Shown: positions 8,908 to 18,228, numbered from the stretch's first letter. The stretch is 64,000 bases of DNA from a bacterium (GCA_016699045.1 CP064957.1:799613-863612); one strand, 5' to 3'. Translations and numbers: made by a program. The notes: generated by a model from the sequence alone, not told the origin.

Positions 8908-9879
8908 TTAGCTGCTTATTTTTAAGATCAGTAAAAATGACACGATCATGGCATAAATAACTGATGATTCAATAAATGTGCTGGTCAGCAAGGTGAGCTT
9001 GATCATCAAGGGATAGCTGTTTGGCTCTTGAGCAATTTGTTCACAACTCTTTGATGCTGAAAGGCCAATGCCAGCTCCGGTGCCCAGAGCTCCAAGTCCC
9101 AAGGTAACTGCGGCTGTTAAAATAACAGGTCCTTGTGGCAAAAACGTAGTGCCCAGCGTTGGGACATAAAACAGAAACATGAGTGCAAGGAGCAAGCAAA
9201 AAATTATAGGTGTTTCAATAAATGCCTGCCCAAATAGCGCGAAAGGAAAAATTTTGTTGTAGGCATTTTTGTTAACGCTGACGGCTGTACAGGCCGCTTG
9301 GCAAAAAAGTGCTTGCCCGATTGAAGGCCCAATGCTGGCAAGGCCGATGACTAAGCCCGCGCCTAAATTTTTAACACCATCAATAACGACCATATTGTCG
9401 TTGATGGTTGTTTTGATAAGTAATGAAATAATAAAAGAAAAGAGAACAGGGGCTTCAATAATTGATTGACATAACAACATGAGCGTTATAATTTTTTGAG
9501 CAAAAAAAGGTTGGCGGCCAATTCCTTGCGTGGCAGCACTTACTACAAAACTTGAAGCAATACTGGTTGAAAGAGCGGCCAAACCAATGGCTAGTCCAAT
9601 GCCGAGTTCTGATAAGCTAAGTTCTAATGTTATTTCTTTTGGGGCGCCTAGTAGCATCAAAAGTGACATAACAAGTGCAATCACAATGCCGCTTTCAATG
9701 AGCGCAAGGCCGATAAGCATTGCTTTAAACGTGTTGTCTCGGCCGAGTTGTTGGCGTTCCATTGCTTGTAAGGCGTTCATGCCTGCCAAGCCTTGTCCCA
9801 ATCCACCGCCAATAGTTGCAAGGCCTAGTGCCAAAATAGCCGAAAAATAATGAAGAAAATTAGCAAACATCGTGATCAC
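8908..9879 (-). CDS. atpE: F-type ATPase c subunit, four hairpins fused in one 323-aa polypeptide
   Basis: Four tandem units of about 80 aa, each with a Gly-rich helix 1 (e.g. GLATIGGGLGQGLAG). Loops resemble RQP (ERQQ, GRQPF, NKNAY, QEPNS). Helix 2 carries a Glu in each unit (LIESG, IIEAP, FIETP, FIESS). The gene lies directly downstream of atpB; an alternative ATG is at 9870. Confidence 0.8.
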   Translation of the reverse strand: MITMFANFLHYFSAILALGLATIGGGLGQGLAGMNALQAMERQQLGRDNTFKAMLIGLALIESGIVIALVMSLLMLLGAPKEITLELSLSELGIGLAIGLAALSTSIASSFVVSAATQGIGRQPFFAQKIITLMLLCQSIIEAPVLFSFIISLLIKTTINDNMVVIDGVKNLGAGLVIGLASIGPSIGQALFCQAACTAVSVNKNAYNKIFPFALFGQAFIETPIIFCLLLALMFLFYVPTLGTTFLPQGPVILTAAVTLGLGALGTGAGIGLSASKSCEQIAQEPNSYPLMIKLTLLTSTFIESSVIYAMIVSFLLILKISS

Positions 9880-10726
9880 TTTCTTCTGATACTAAAGGTT
9901 GTGGTTCATCGTGGTCTGTTACGCCCATCGATAAGTAAGTTGCTGTTAGCATAGTTAAAACGAATGCTTGGATTAGTCCTTCAAAAAAGCCAAAAAACAT
10001 TTGAATGAAAACCAAGGCAAAAAGCATGATATGAAATATTTTGTGCAGGCGTGCAAAATAAGTAATGTGTTTGAGTACTGGAAATCGATATGTAATGATG
10101 CTTAACAAGATCATTACGAGCGTGAGCCCAAGAAAATGAAATTTAAGGGGGCCTCCTACAAATTGCATAATCATGCTAAAAATAATGCTGCCACCCAAAA
10201 TATTACCAAAAAGTCGAAAAGACATTGAGGCAATTTTGGCAAGCTCACCAATAACATTGATTGGTGCTAAAAAGAAAATTGGTTGTATAAATTCTTTTAA
10301 GTAATGTTTCATGCCTTTAAATTTAATTTTGTACCATTGTACGTAGGTAAAACTGGTAAGCCCCAAAGCGACGGTTGTATTTAGATCATTCGTTGATTCA
10401 TCCAAAAAAGGGATAAGGCTGGTGGCGCTACAAAAAAGAGTAAATAGAAAAAGTGACGTAATAAAAGCAAAGTGGTTATAAATCAATTTACCAAATGATT
10501 CTTTGGTTAAATCAATAAAAAAGCCAATGACCGTTTCGTAGGCAACCGAGATGATGGTTGGGTTACGTTTTAAGAGATATTTGCCCGCTATTGCTAAAAC
10601 AAAGAGCATCCCCATGGCAAACCAGGTGTACATTAATGTGTCTAAATGTAGGTGCCAAAAGGGGCCATTGAGACCAAATACCTTGAAAGGTGCAATTTCT
10701 TTATACTTAAAAAGATTAATATTCAT
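9860..10726 (-). CDS. atpB: F-type ATPase subunit a
   Basis: Polytopic membrane protein with the subunit-a signature SFRLFGNILGGSII, which includes the essential Arg. The ATG at 10726 overlaps the stop of the upstream small ORF (ATGA). Confidence 0.85.
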   Translation of the reverse strand: MNINLFKYKEIAPFKVFGLNGPFWHLHLDTLMYTWFAMGMLFVLAIAGKYLLKRNPTIISVAYETVIGFFIDLTKESFGKLIYNHFAFITSLFLFTLFCSATSLIPFLDESTNDLNTTVALGLTSFTYVQWYKIKFKGMKHYLKEFIQPIFFLAPINVIGELAKIASMSFRLFGNILGGSIIFSMIMQFVGGPLKFHFLGLTLVMILLSIITYRFPVLKHITYFARLHKIFHIMLFALVFIQMFFGFFEGLIQAFVLTMLTATYLSMGVTDHDEPQPLVSEESDHDVC

Positions 10727-11013
10727 GAATGCGCCTGTGTTTTTTTGAGCGTATACGACCAAAAGCTAATACCAAAACCAACAAGGAAGAGCGGCAAGGT
10801 AACATGTAGCCAAAAATACAATAATGATACGGTGATGATAAGTATAAAAAACCTTCCAACAAACCATAACAAAGGTTGTACAAAAAAGCGAGAAGGTGGA
10901 GTTTCAGGGCTTGTTGAAAATGCCTTTTGCGTTTGAGTAACAAAAAAATAGGCATACGCAAAGCCTACCAAGAGACCAGATACGATTGAGATGAATAGCG
11001 TTGTTGTTGTCAT
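10723..11013 (-). CDS. small membrane protein, AtpI/AtpQ-like (putative)
   Basis: About 96 aa from the ATG at 11013, with 3 predicted TM helices. It is translationally coupled to atpB by an ATGA overlap. The call rests on position, not on sequence motifs. Confidence 0.45.
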   Translation of the reverse strand: MTTTTLFISIVSGLLVGFAYAYFFVTQTQKAFSTSPETPPSRFFVQPLLWFVGRFFILIITVSLLYFWLHVTLPLFLVGFGISFWSYTLKKTQAHS

Positions 11014-11241
11014 AAATGCACTCCTGTGATAGCAATTTGCCCTAATTATAAAGGCTAGTACGAAATGGCGACATGTGCAAGTAAAAGAATACATTCTGGG
11101 GCCATCTTAATAAAAATATTGCTTCTGCTGCTCAAATTTGATTACTATGAGAAAAATGCCCTTCGAGACGCCAAGTGTTGCTGGTCTCCTCAGGGTGGAC
11201 GGGAAGAGGGGTAAAGGGAATAATACTATTGAGGGGGAATA

Positions 11242-11826
11242 ATGAAAAAAGGCATGCTTTTCTTACGTGCATTTTTTGCGGTAGTGGTTGTTGTTGGCGG
11301 AGTGTGCTCATTAAACGCTTCTTCTTCGCTTGCGCGTAATAAAATTCCACGGGATATTGAGGGTCAAAAAGTTCAACCAGGAGCAACATTTACGGTGATT
11401 CAGTTATGGAATTTGATTAATACCAGATTAAAAAAAAAGGCTGCCCATTTTCTGGTGCCTGGTGGCAAAAATAACAAAGTTTTTACCGATAGTGAATGTA
11501 ATTGGACAACGGGCGGAGCCAATATTCATGGTTCTTATAGTGCCGAGCGACTTGGTTTTTCTGCCGATTGGATGCACAAAAATGGAGATCAACAAGTTAC
11601 CTTGCATGATGACCCAGATTTGATAACACTTTTGGAAAAAGAAGGCCGCATTGCAAGTGCTAATCAAGGTGATAAGTACCAGAAAATTTTGCTTTATTTT
11701 ACCGTAAATATGAATGGTGTTTCGTACCGTTTGTACCTCAACGATCCTTATCCTTCAAAAGTTGTCAATATTGGCAAAAAAGTTGTCAATGAAGTTAAAA
11801 ATATATTGAATGCTTGGGAAGTCTAG
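11242..11826 (+). CDS. hypothetical secreted protein
   Basis: RBS GAGGGGG lies before the ATG. Signal peptide MKKGMLFLRAFFAVVVVVGGVCSLNA. No recognisable domain. Confidence 0.55.
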   Translation: MKKGMLFLRAFFAVVVVVGGVCSLNASSSLARNKIPRDIEGQKVQPGATFTVIQLWNLINTRLKKKAAHFLVPGGKNNKVFTDSECNWTTGGANIHGSYSAERLGFSADWMHKNGDQQVTLHDDPDLITLLEKEGRIASANQGDKYQKILLYFTVNMNGVSYRLYLNDPYPSKVVNIGKKVVNEVKNILNAWEV

Positions 11827-11854
11827 ATACTCAATTTTTAGGTAACTTTTTAGA

Positions 11855-11884
11855 AGAGCGGCTACTCGACATAGCCGCTCTTTT
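11855..11884. terminator. bidirectional rho-independent terminator between convergent genes
   Basis: 10-bp stem AGAGCGGCTA (11855-11864) / TAGCCGCTCT (11872-11881), a 7-nt loop, and T-rich flanks. Confidence 0.7.
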
Positions 11885-11888
11885 GTGT

Positions 11889-13118
11889 TTAAACGTTGTT
11901 GAGAAGTAACATTTCTTTCAAAACGCTGTCTGGGTTGAGCGAAATAGAATCGATTCCTTGATCAACTAAAAACTGTGCAAACTCTGGATAATCTGAAGGA
12001 GCTTGGCCACAAATCCCAATTTTCTTGTTAGCTTTTTTAGCGCCTTGAATTGCCATAGTCAGCATCATTTTGACCGCGGCATTGCGCTCATCAAACAGTG
12101 AGGCAACAAGGCCTGAGTCGCGATCAACGCCTAGTGTCATTTGTGTTAAATCGTTTGATCCAATCGAAAAGCCATCAAAAAGTTTTGCAAATTCATCGAT
12201 CAGTAAAACGTTTGAAGGAATTTCAACCATCATATAAACTTCAAGGCCATTCTGTCCTTGGATTAAATCGTGTCGATTCATTTCTTGTAGTGCCTTGTGC
12301 GCTTCCTCAATCGTACGTACAAATGGCAACATCAGCTTAACGTTGGTCAGGCCCATTTCAAGCCGTATTTTTTTCATAGCAGCACATTCCAGCGCAAAGC
12401 CTTCCTGGTATTTTTCATGATAATAACGTGAAGCGCCACGAAATCCCAACATTGGGTTTTCTTCTTCTGGTTCAAAGTCTTTTCCAGCAATCAATTTGCG
12501 GTACTCATTGCTTTTAAAATCTGACATTCTGATAATAACTGGTTTTGGGTAAAAAGCAGCAGCAATGGTGCCCGCTTCTTGTGCTAGTTTGTCGATAAAA
12601 TATTGTTTTTTATCAGTGTAACCAGCGGTCAATTGCGCAATGAGTGTACGATCTTTTTCGTCAGAAATTTTGTCGGGATGAATAAGTGCCATCGGATGGA
12701 TTTGCAGCGCGTTATTAATAATAAATTCCAAGCGAGCCAAGCCCACGCCGGCATTTGGAATATTAACCAGGTTAAATACTTCGTCAGGGTTGCCTACGTT
12801 CATCATCAAACTTACTGGCGGATTTTTAAGATGGCTTGTTTCTATTCGTTTAATTTCGAAAGGAAAGTGGCCTTGGTAGACAGACCCAACTTCGCCATTG
12901 GCACAATCAAGCGTAATTTCTTGGCCGGTTGTAATTTTGGCAGTTGCATCTTCGGCGCCTACAATGGCGGGGATGCCCAGTTCGCGACTAATGATAGCGG
13001 CATGACACGTTCTGCCTCCACGATTAGTGACAATGCCAGCAGCAATTTTCATGATTGGTTCCCAATCAGGGTCGGTCATGTCGGTAACCAAAATATTGCC
13101 CGGCTGCACTTCGTGCAT
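11889..13118 (-). CDS. ppsA: phosphoenolpyruvate synthase, C-terminal fragment (phosphohistidine swivel + PEP-utilising TIM barrel)
   Basis: VTDMTDPDWEPIMKIAAGIVTNRGGRTCHAAIISRELGIPAIVG and IGSNDLTQ motifs. It is contiguous with the upstream fragment once a 1-nt frame shift is allowed. Confidence 0.9.
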   Translation of the reverse strand: MHEVQPGNILVTDMTDPDWEPIMKIAAGIVTNRGGRTCHAAIISRELGIPAIVGAEDATAKITTGQEITLDCANGEVGSVYQGHFPFEIKRIETSHLKNPPVSLMMNVGNPDEVFNLVNIPNAGVGLARLEFIINNALQIHPMALIHPDKISDEKDRTLIAQLTAGYTDKKQYFIDKLAQEAGTIAAAFYPKPVIIRMSDFKSNEYRKLIAGKDFEPEEENPMLGFRGASRYYHEKYQEGFALECAAMKKIRLEMGLTNVKLMLPFVRTIEEAHKALQEMNRHDLIQGQNGLEVYMMVEIPSNVLLIDEFAKLFDGFSIGSNDLTQMTLGVDRDSGLVASLFDERNAAVKMMLTMAIQGAKKANKKIGICGQAPSDYPEFAQFLVDQGIDSISLNPDSVLKEMLLLNNV

Positions 13119-13129
13119 TGCTTTAATAT

Positions 13130-14278
13130 TTAAATAACGCGTGCTTTACCCACCACAATTTTGCGCCCCACGCTTTTGCCGTGCACAATAATGTTTTCTT
13201 TAGAAATCGTTGATTTATCCAGTACATATTCTTCAAAAAAAGATTGCTGTTGTTTTTGAGAATAGACCGTTTCTGGGCGCGCTTGAACAATGTACAGTTT
13301 TCCGTCAAGGCCGTCTTTTGCCCACTCGATATCCATGGGTGACCACATGCCGCGCTCTTGAGAATAATGATCTTCAATGATAGCTGCTTGGCGCGCCAAG
13401 AAAAGAATTTCATCATCATTCAAACAAAATTGTACGCGGTCTTTGGTTTCAACTTCAACTTTTTTTGTTGCTTGGCCATGGTCGGCATAGATAAGTTTTT
13501 GTTGTTTGCTGCCAATGCGTTTTTTTAGAATTGGTTTAAAACCTTGCGCAAGTGTTGGTTTATGGACATAAAATTCATCGGGATTGATGCTGCCTTGTAC
13601 CACCATTTCGCCAAGGCCATATGAGCCGCTGATGTAAATAACATCTCTAAAGCCGCTCTCAGTATCAAGGGTAAAAATAACACCCGCACTTGCCAAATCT
13701 GAGCGTATCATTTTTTGTACACCAATTGAAAGAGCAACGTCCATGTGATCAAAATTATGGTCAATGCGGTACGACAACGCGCGGTCGGTAAATAACGATG
13801 CGTAAGCATTGCTGCATGCCGTCATGAGTTCTTGCTCGCTGCGGACATTCAAATAAGTTTCTTGCTGGCCAGCAAAAGAGGTTGCTGGCAAGTCTTCTGC
13901 GGTGGCAGATGAACGTACGGCAACATCACAGGGTGCGGGGTAGCGCTTGGTTAGGTTTTGATAAGCTTCTTTAATGGCTTGGGTAAGATCGGCAGGAATT
14001 GGTGCTTGCGCAATGAGCGTTCTAATTTGTTGGCCAAGGGCTACAAAAGCTTCAAGATTATTTTTATCAAGTTGTGCGAGTAATTTTTGTAATGGTTCTT
14101 CAAGATTGTTGGCTGATAAAAAATGACGATATGCTTGGGCAGTGATAGCAAACCCGCCGGGTACCATGACGCCTTTGGTGGTAAGATTTTGGATCATTTC
14201 GCCAAGCGAAGCGTTTTTCCCGCCAACACTATTGATGTCTTTTATACTAATCTCTTCGAATAATTTTATAAATTTCAT
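13130..14278 (-). CDS. ppsA: phosphoenolpyruvate synthase, N-terminal fragment (ATP-grasp/nucleotide-binding domain)
   Basis: VGGKNASLGEM, VAVRSSATAEDLP and IEWAKDG are PpsA N-terminal signatures. The fragment stops 12 nt before the next fragment. Confidence 0.9.
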   Translation of the reverse strand: MKFIKLFEEISIKDINSVGGKNASLGEMIQNLTTKGVMVPGGFAITAQAYRHFLSANNLEEPLQKLLAQLDKNNLEAFVALGQQIRTLIAQAPIPADLTQAIKEAYQNLTKRYPAPCDVAVRSSATAEDLPATSFAGQQETYLNVRSEQELMTACSNAYASLFTDRALSYRIDHNFDHMDVALSIGVQKMIRSDLASAGVIFTLDTESGFRDVIYISGSYGLGEMVVQGSINPDEFYVHKPTLAQGFKPILKKRIGSKQQKLIYADHGQATKKVEVETKDRVQFCLNDDEILFLARQAAIIEDHYSQERGMWSPMDIEWAKDGLDGKLYIVQARPETVYSQKQQQSFFEEYVLDKSTISKENIIVHGKSVGRKIVVGKARVI

Positions 14279-14382
14279 AAACTAATATCCCTGGCATAGG
14301 TTTTTGGGTACCGCACCTGATTCATAAACTCGTGGCACTAGAGTAGACGATTGAGATTTTTTTGAAAATAAAAAGGATAATT

Positions 14383-15597
14383 ATGAGGCAAGAGGTTGGC
14401 AAAAACTTAGTTTTTGTTTTGTTCGATGGTATTAAAAATTCGGTTTTTCAAAGCCAAGTTTTGGCTCCCTTGATGGGGATGCTTGATGCCCATTCAACCA
14501 TTCAGATTACGCTTGTTTCATTTGAGCAGAAACGCCCATCGGACAAAGATCTCATCTCAATAATTCCTGCACATGAACGATTGCATTGTGTAATCAGCCG
14601 TAGAACGCCCTTTGTTGGCAAAAACGGTTTAAAAATTGCTTCCTACCAGTTTGGTAAATTATTAGCAATTACACAACCTGACGAGCTGATAGCCCGCGGT
14701 CCTTTAGCAGGTTTTGTATTACTGCATGCCATGCGGCAGTTAGTGGGTTGGCAAAAAAGGCATGGTAATGCGAGTGTGGCTATGCCAAAAATAACGATAC
14801 AAGCGCGTGGTTTATGTGCCGAAGAATATCGGTATGATCGTTCATTTAAAAGGAAATCATTACTTAAATCATGGTTGTATAAAATTGTTTATGGGCGCCT
14901 TGAAAGCATTGAGCGCGATGTTTTTGGTACCAAGTTTGGATTGAAAGATGTTGTTGTTGAAGCGGTGAGTCCGGCGCTTAAAGATTATCTGATTGAGCAA
15001 TTTCAAGCAGACCCGCGCTTGATTACTATCGCTTCAAAAGATATTCCACAAACACTTGCTCAGCCAACCGTTGTGCAATGGCGGGCTGAGGTGCGCAGCC
15101 AGCTTGGCATACCCAGTGATGCGATTGTGTATTGTTACAGTGGTTCTTTTAAGCCGTGGCAGTGTGCGCCGCAGACGGTTCAATTTTTCGTTGAGCGACT
15201 GCGCGTTGAACCAAAAAGTTTCTTATTGGTACTTTCCGGCGATCATGAAATTTTTGCGCAGGAATTAGTAAAAGCGCAGGTGCCAACGGATCACTTTCGT
15301 GTGTTATCGGTAAAAGCTGCAGAGTTGTATCGCTACTTAGCGGCAGCTGATTTTGGCTTGTTGTTTAGAGAGCGTGATGTGATTAATTGGGTTTCGCGTC
15401 CCACGAAAATGCTTGAGTACCAGGCGGTTGGGTTGCCAGTGTTGCATAATAATACCATTGCAATATTAGAAAAAGATGAGCGAAATGTATCGTCGCTTCA
15501 GCTTTGCAAGCGCTGCCAGATATCAAGCAACATATCAAAAGAAAGTTGCTGTGCGCGCAGTTGCAGTGTGCCACTTTCTAATTGTGTAAGCGGATAG
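14383..15597 (+). CDS. putative glycosyltransferase (GT-B fold); 3' end uncertain
   Basis: AGGA RBS lies before the ATG at 14383. The C-terminal half has a GT-B-like region (RPTKMLEYQAVGLPVL). The last ~33 codons are Cys/Ser-rich and lie antisense to rsmA. Confidence 0.45.
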   Translation: MRQEVGKNLVFVLFDGIKNSVFQSQVLAPLMGMLDAHSTIQITLVSFEQKRPSDKDLISIIPAHERLHCVISRRTPFVGKNGLKIASYQFGKLLAITQPDELIARGPLAGFVLLHAMRQLVGWQKRHGNASVAMPKITIQARGLCAEEYRYDRSFKRKSLLKSWLYKIVYGRLESIERDVFGTKFGLKDVVVEAVSPALKDYLIEQFQADPRLITIASKDIPQTLAQPTVVQWRAEVRSQLGIPSDAIVYCYSGSFKPWQCAPQTVQFFVERLRVEPKSFLLVLSGDHEIFAQELVKAQVPTDHFRVLSVKAAELYRYLAAADFGLLFRERDVINWVSRPTKMLEYQAVGLPVLHNNTIAILEKDERNVSSLQLCKRCQISSNISKESCCARSCSVPLSNCVSG

Positions 15598-16307
15598 TGC
15601 GCTTGTTTAAGATTGTTGGCAAGTGTGCGGCGTGGTGAAGAAAAACAGAGTTTAGCAAATTTCCAAAAATCTTCTTCTTGTGGAATTGGTTTGACAATGG
15701 CTTTTGGTTTGAAATACAAAAGTCGTGAATGAACTTTTGGCGCTGGCTCAAAAGCGGCTGGCTCAATTTTTTCCATCAAAGAAACATCAAAATGATGCTG
15801 CAGCAACAAGCTTGTTGGGTTGTAGCCCCGCCCCTGCGTTGCCGCAATTTTTTGTGCTACTTCTTCTTGGATCATGACCACGCCTTCGGTAATAAACTGT
15901 TTGTGTTTCACGAAGGTAAAGAAAATGGGAAAGGTAATTTGGTAGGGAACGTTTGCCAAAACGACCCATGGCGCATCGGCCTGAAAATCTTCATGCGTAA
16001 TATCAAGAAAATTTCGGTGCCTGATTTCAAGGCGCGGATCGCTTATTTTTTTTTGAACGACCTCAATCCATTCCGGATCAATTTCATAACAAATCAGTTT
16101 TTTGCAGTGTGTTTGTTCAAGAATAGCGCGCGTTAAAAAACCGTCGCCACAGCCAATTTCAAGAACTGTTGTTTCGGGCGTTACGGCCACCGCGCTGATC
16201 ATATTGTCCACCGTAGAATGCTTACGCAAAAAATGCTGTCCAAATTCTTTCTTCTTGCGTGGCTCTGATTTGTAGGAATAGTCTTTGGTTTTCGGTCTTT
16301 TATTCAT
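15498..16307 (-). CDS. rsmA: 16S rRNA (adenine1518/1519-N6)-dimethyltransferase
   Basis: FGQHFL, the SAM-binding motif VLEIGCGDGFLT, and NVPYQIT. Confidence 0.9.
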   Translation of the reverse strand: MNKRPKTKDYSYKSEPRKKKEFGQHFLRKHSTVDNMISAVAVTPETTVLEIGCGDGFLTRAILEQTHCKKLICYEIDPEWIEVVQKKISDPRLEIRHRNFLDITHEDFQADAPWVVLANVPYQITFPIFFTFVKHKQFITEGVVMIQEEVAQKIAATQGRGYNPTSLLLQHHFDVSLMEKIEPAAFEPAPKVHSRLLYFKPKAIVKPIPQEEDFWKFAKLCFSSPRRTLANNLKQAHYPLTQLESGTLQLRAQQLSFDMLLDIWQRLQS

Positions 16308-16443
16308 TAATCTTTATTTTCTGTTAAAAAATCGGTTAAGGTAGGAAAAGGTCAATTATGCTTTAATTTAAGCATAATTTTGGGCCAAAGGCAAAAATTG
16401 ATCTTTTTGGGGTAATTTGGGGTTTTTCTTAACCGGGGCGGGG

Positions 16444-18138
16444 ATGAAGAATTTTCTATGGTTATTTTTATTGAGCTTATTTGTGAAATGGCCGGTTGTT
16501 GCTGCTACCCCGGCTGATTATGCAACGTTGACCGATTGGTCAGTTGCTTGTTTTACCAAACTACCAGAATATGACCATTTGAGTGGGTATGATATTATTA
16601 ATGGTGAGAGTCTATCAGAAGTTTACAAAACAACGCTGACTGCTCAACAATTCAAAGATAAGATGGAAAAATTTGCAAAGCGTAGCAAGCAAAAGCTTCA
16701 AGTCAAAGATAATTGGGTGAGTGCTGATGCGCCACAAGATTCATTGTTTGATATTCAAGCAAAGCATGATAATGAATTTGAGCATGCATTTATCCAAAGA
16801 TTAGAGATTCCAGCAAATAGCGAAGTTTGTTTTATGGGCGATTATCACGGTAGCGTGCATTCACTGTTGCGCAATCTATGGCGGTTGAGTGTTGATGGAT
16901 ATCTTGACGACAATTTTAAATTTAAAAAAGATAATTTTTATCTGATCTTTTTGGGCGATTTTGTTGACCGCGGCCGCTATGGGGCTGAAGTGTGGTACTC
17001 ACTGATGCAACTTAAGCTTGCCAATTGGGACAAAGTTCATTTGCTGCGTGGCAATCATGAGACAAGTTTGGCAAGTAAAAAATATGGCTTTTTAGGGTGG
17101 AGTGCTATCAAGGGTAAAGGAAAGTTAGAGGGCGAAGTTTGTATTAAATTTGAAACTGATATTGAAAAAGAACGATCTGAGCAGGGAGAAATTGGTAAAA
17201 AAATTTTAAATCTCTATCACTTTTTGCCCTTTGCAATCTTTTTGGGTGTTAAAGATAAAAATGAATTTGTACAATGTTGCCATGCTGGCATAGCCGTGAA
17301 TGATGGAGACACAGATCTTTTTGATGTCAAGCCTTTCATTAAAGAAAATAAAAAATTTCAAAAAATTTCTAAATTTCAAGAAGGCTTTCAGTGGAGTGAT
17401 TTTTCTCAGGATAAAGATGACTCAGACTTTGCTTCGGGATGTCGTGGGACGAAATATGGCATAGAAGCTACGGTTGCTGGGGGGCAAGAATACTTAAATC
17501 AAAATAATCTCAAAGCTTTTTTTCGAGGCCATCAAGATCAGTGTTATGGTTTTAAAATGTTTTTTGAAAATGAGGCTCAGAAGAATGCGGTTATTGAAGG
17601 CAAGAAAGAGCGATTTGGGGTTTATCCGTTTGGTCCCTATCATTGGAAATATATTGTTTCTGACTCTCATCAAAGAGAAGCAGATGGCTTTTTAGTTAAA
17701 GATTATAAACCAATTTTTACGTTTACTTCAGCATCAGAAGGCCAATCGGTGCCCTTCGATTGTTATGGCATTGTTATGGTTGGTAATGGACTCTATGATA
17801 ACTGGCGCTTAAAAATCTATGAAACAGGTTTGCCAAATGAGTTAGTTTCAAAAATTCAGGATGCGTCGATATCAAATCGTAATAAAAAATATGTTGCTAT
17901 TGGTTCAATCACAAGCGATTTAAGAGGTGCGATTGCTGTTGAAGACAAACAGCTTAAAATTAATTGGCTTAGCGTGCCATTGAAAGAAGAAGATTTAAGA
18001 TCAAAATTGGGTGATATGTTACCATCAGCTCCTAAACCGAAAAAATTAGAAATAACTTTGCAGGAAGCTCTTAAGGCCCTCAAAACAAAATTTGCAGTAT
18101 TGGCAGAGCAATTGGCGAGATTAGCACCAGGGCATTAA
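16444..18138 (+). CDS. PPP-family Ser/Thr protein phosphatase (eukaryote-like), signal peptide, C-terminal amphipathic helix
   Basis: GDYHG, GDFVDRGRYG, LLRGNHE, CCHAG and FFRGHQ form the complete PPP metallophosphatase motif set. N-terminus MKNFLWLFLLSLFVKWPVVAA. Confidence 0.85.
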   Translation: MKNFLWLFLLSLFVKWPVVAATPADYATLTDWSVACFTKLPEYDHLSGYDIINGESLSEVYKTTLTAQQFKDKMEKFAKRSKQKLQVKDNWVSADAPQDSLFDIQAKHDNEFEHAFIQRLEIPANSEVCFMGDYHGSVHSLLRNLWRLSVDGYLDDNFKFKKDNFYLIFLGDFVDRGRYGAEVWYSLMQLKLANWDKVHLLRGNHETSLASKKYGFLGWSAIKGKGKLEGEVCIKFETDIEKERSEQGEIGKKILNLYHFLPFAIFLGVKDKNEFVQCCHAGIAVNDGDTDLFDVKPFIKENKKFQKISKFQEGFQWSDFSQDKDDSDFASGCRGTKYGIEATVAGGQEYLNQNNLKAFFRGHQDQCYGFKMFFENEAQKNAVIEGKKERFGVYPFGPYHWKYIVSDSHQREADGFLVKDYKPIFTFTSASEGQSVPFDCYGIVMVGNGLYDNWRLKIYETGLPNELVSKIQDASISNRNKKYVAIGSITSDLRGAIAVEDKQLKINWLSVPLKEEDLRSKLGDMLPSAPKPKKLEITLQEALKALKTKFAVLAEQLARLAPGH

Positions 18139-18169
18139 TGTGAGCAAAATATATAAAATAAGGGCATTT

Positions 18170-18198
18170 TTGACTTTGTGCGGGTATTGAGATACCAT
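18170..18198 (+). promoter_or_regulatory. putative sigma70 promoter of ssrA
   Basis: TTGACT (18170-18175), a 17-nt spacer, then TACCAT (18193-18198), about 30 nt upstream of the mature tmRNA 5' end. Confidence 0.4.
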
Positions 18199-18228
18199 AT
18201 AAACAATTATCTTTGAAAAGCAAAGTAC

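Noticed and set aside
13123-13419. A 98-aa ORF overlapping the ppsA junction.
   Set aside because: It is in the third frame, antisense-neutral to both PpsA fragments, and has no homology features. It is a by-product of the AT-rich junction.
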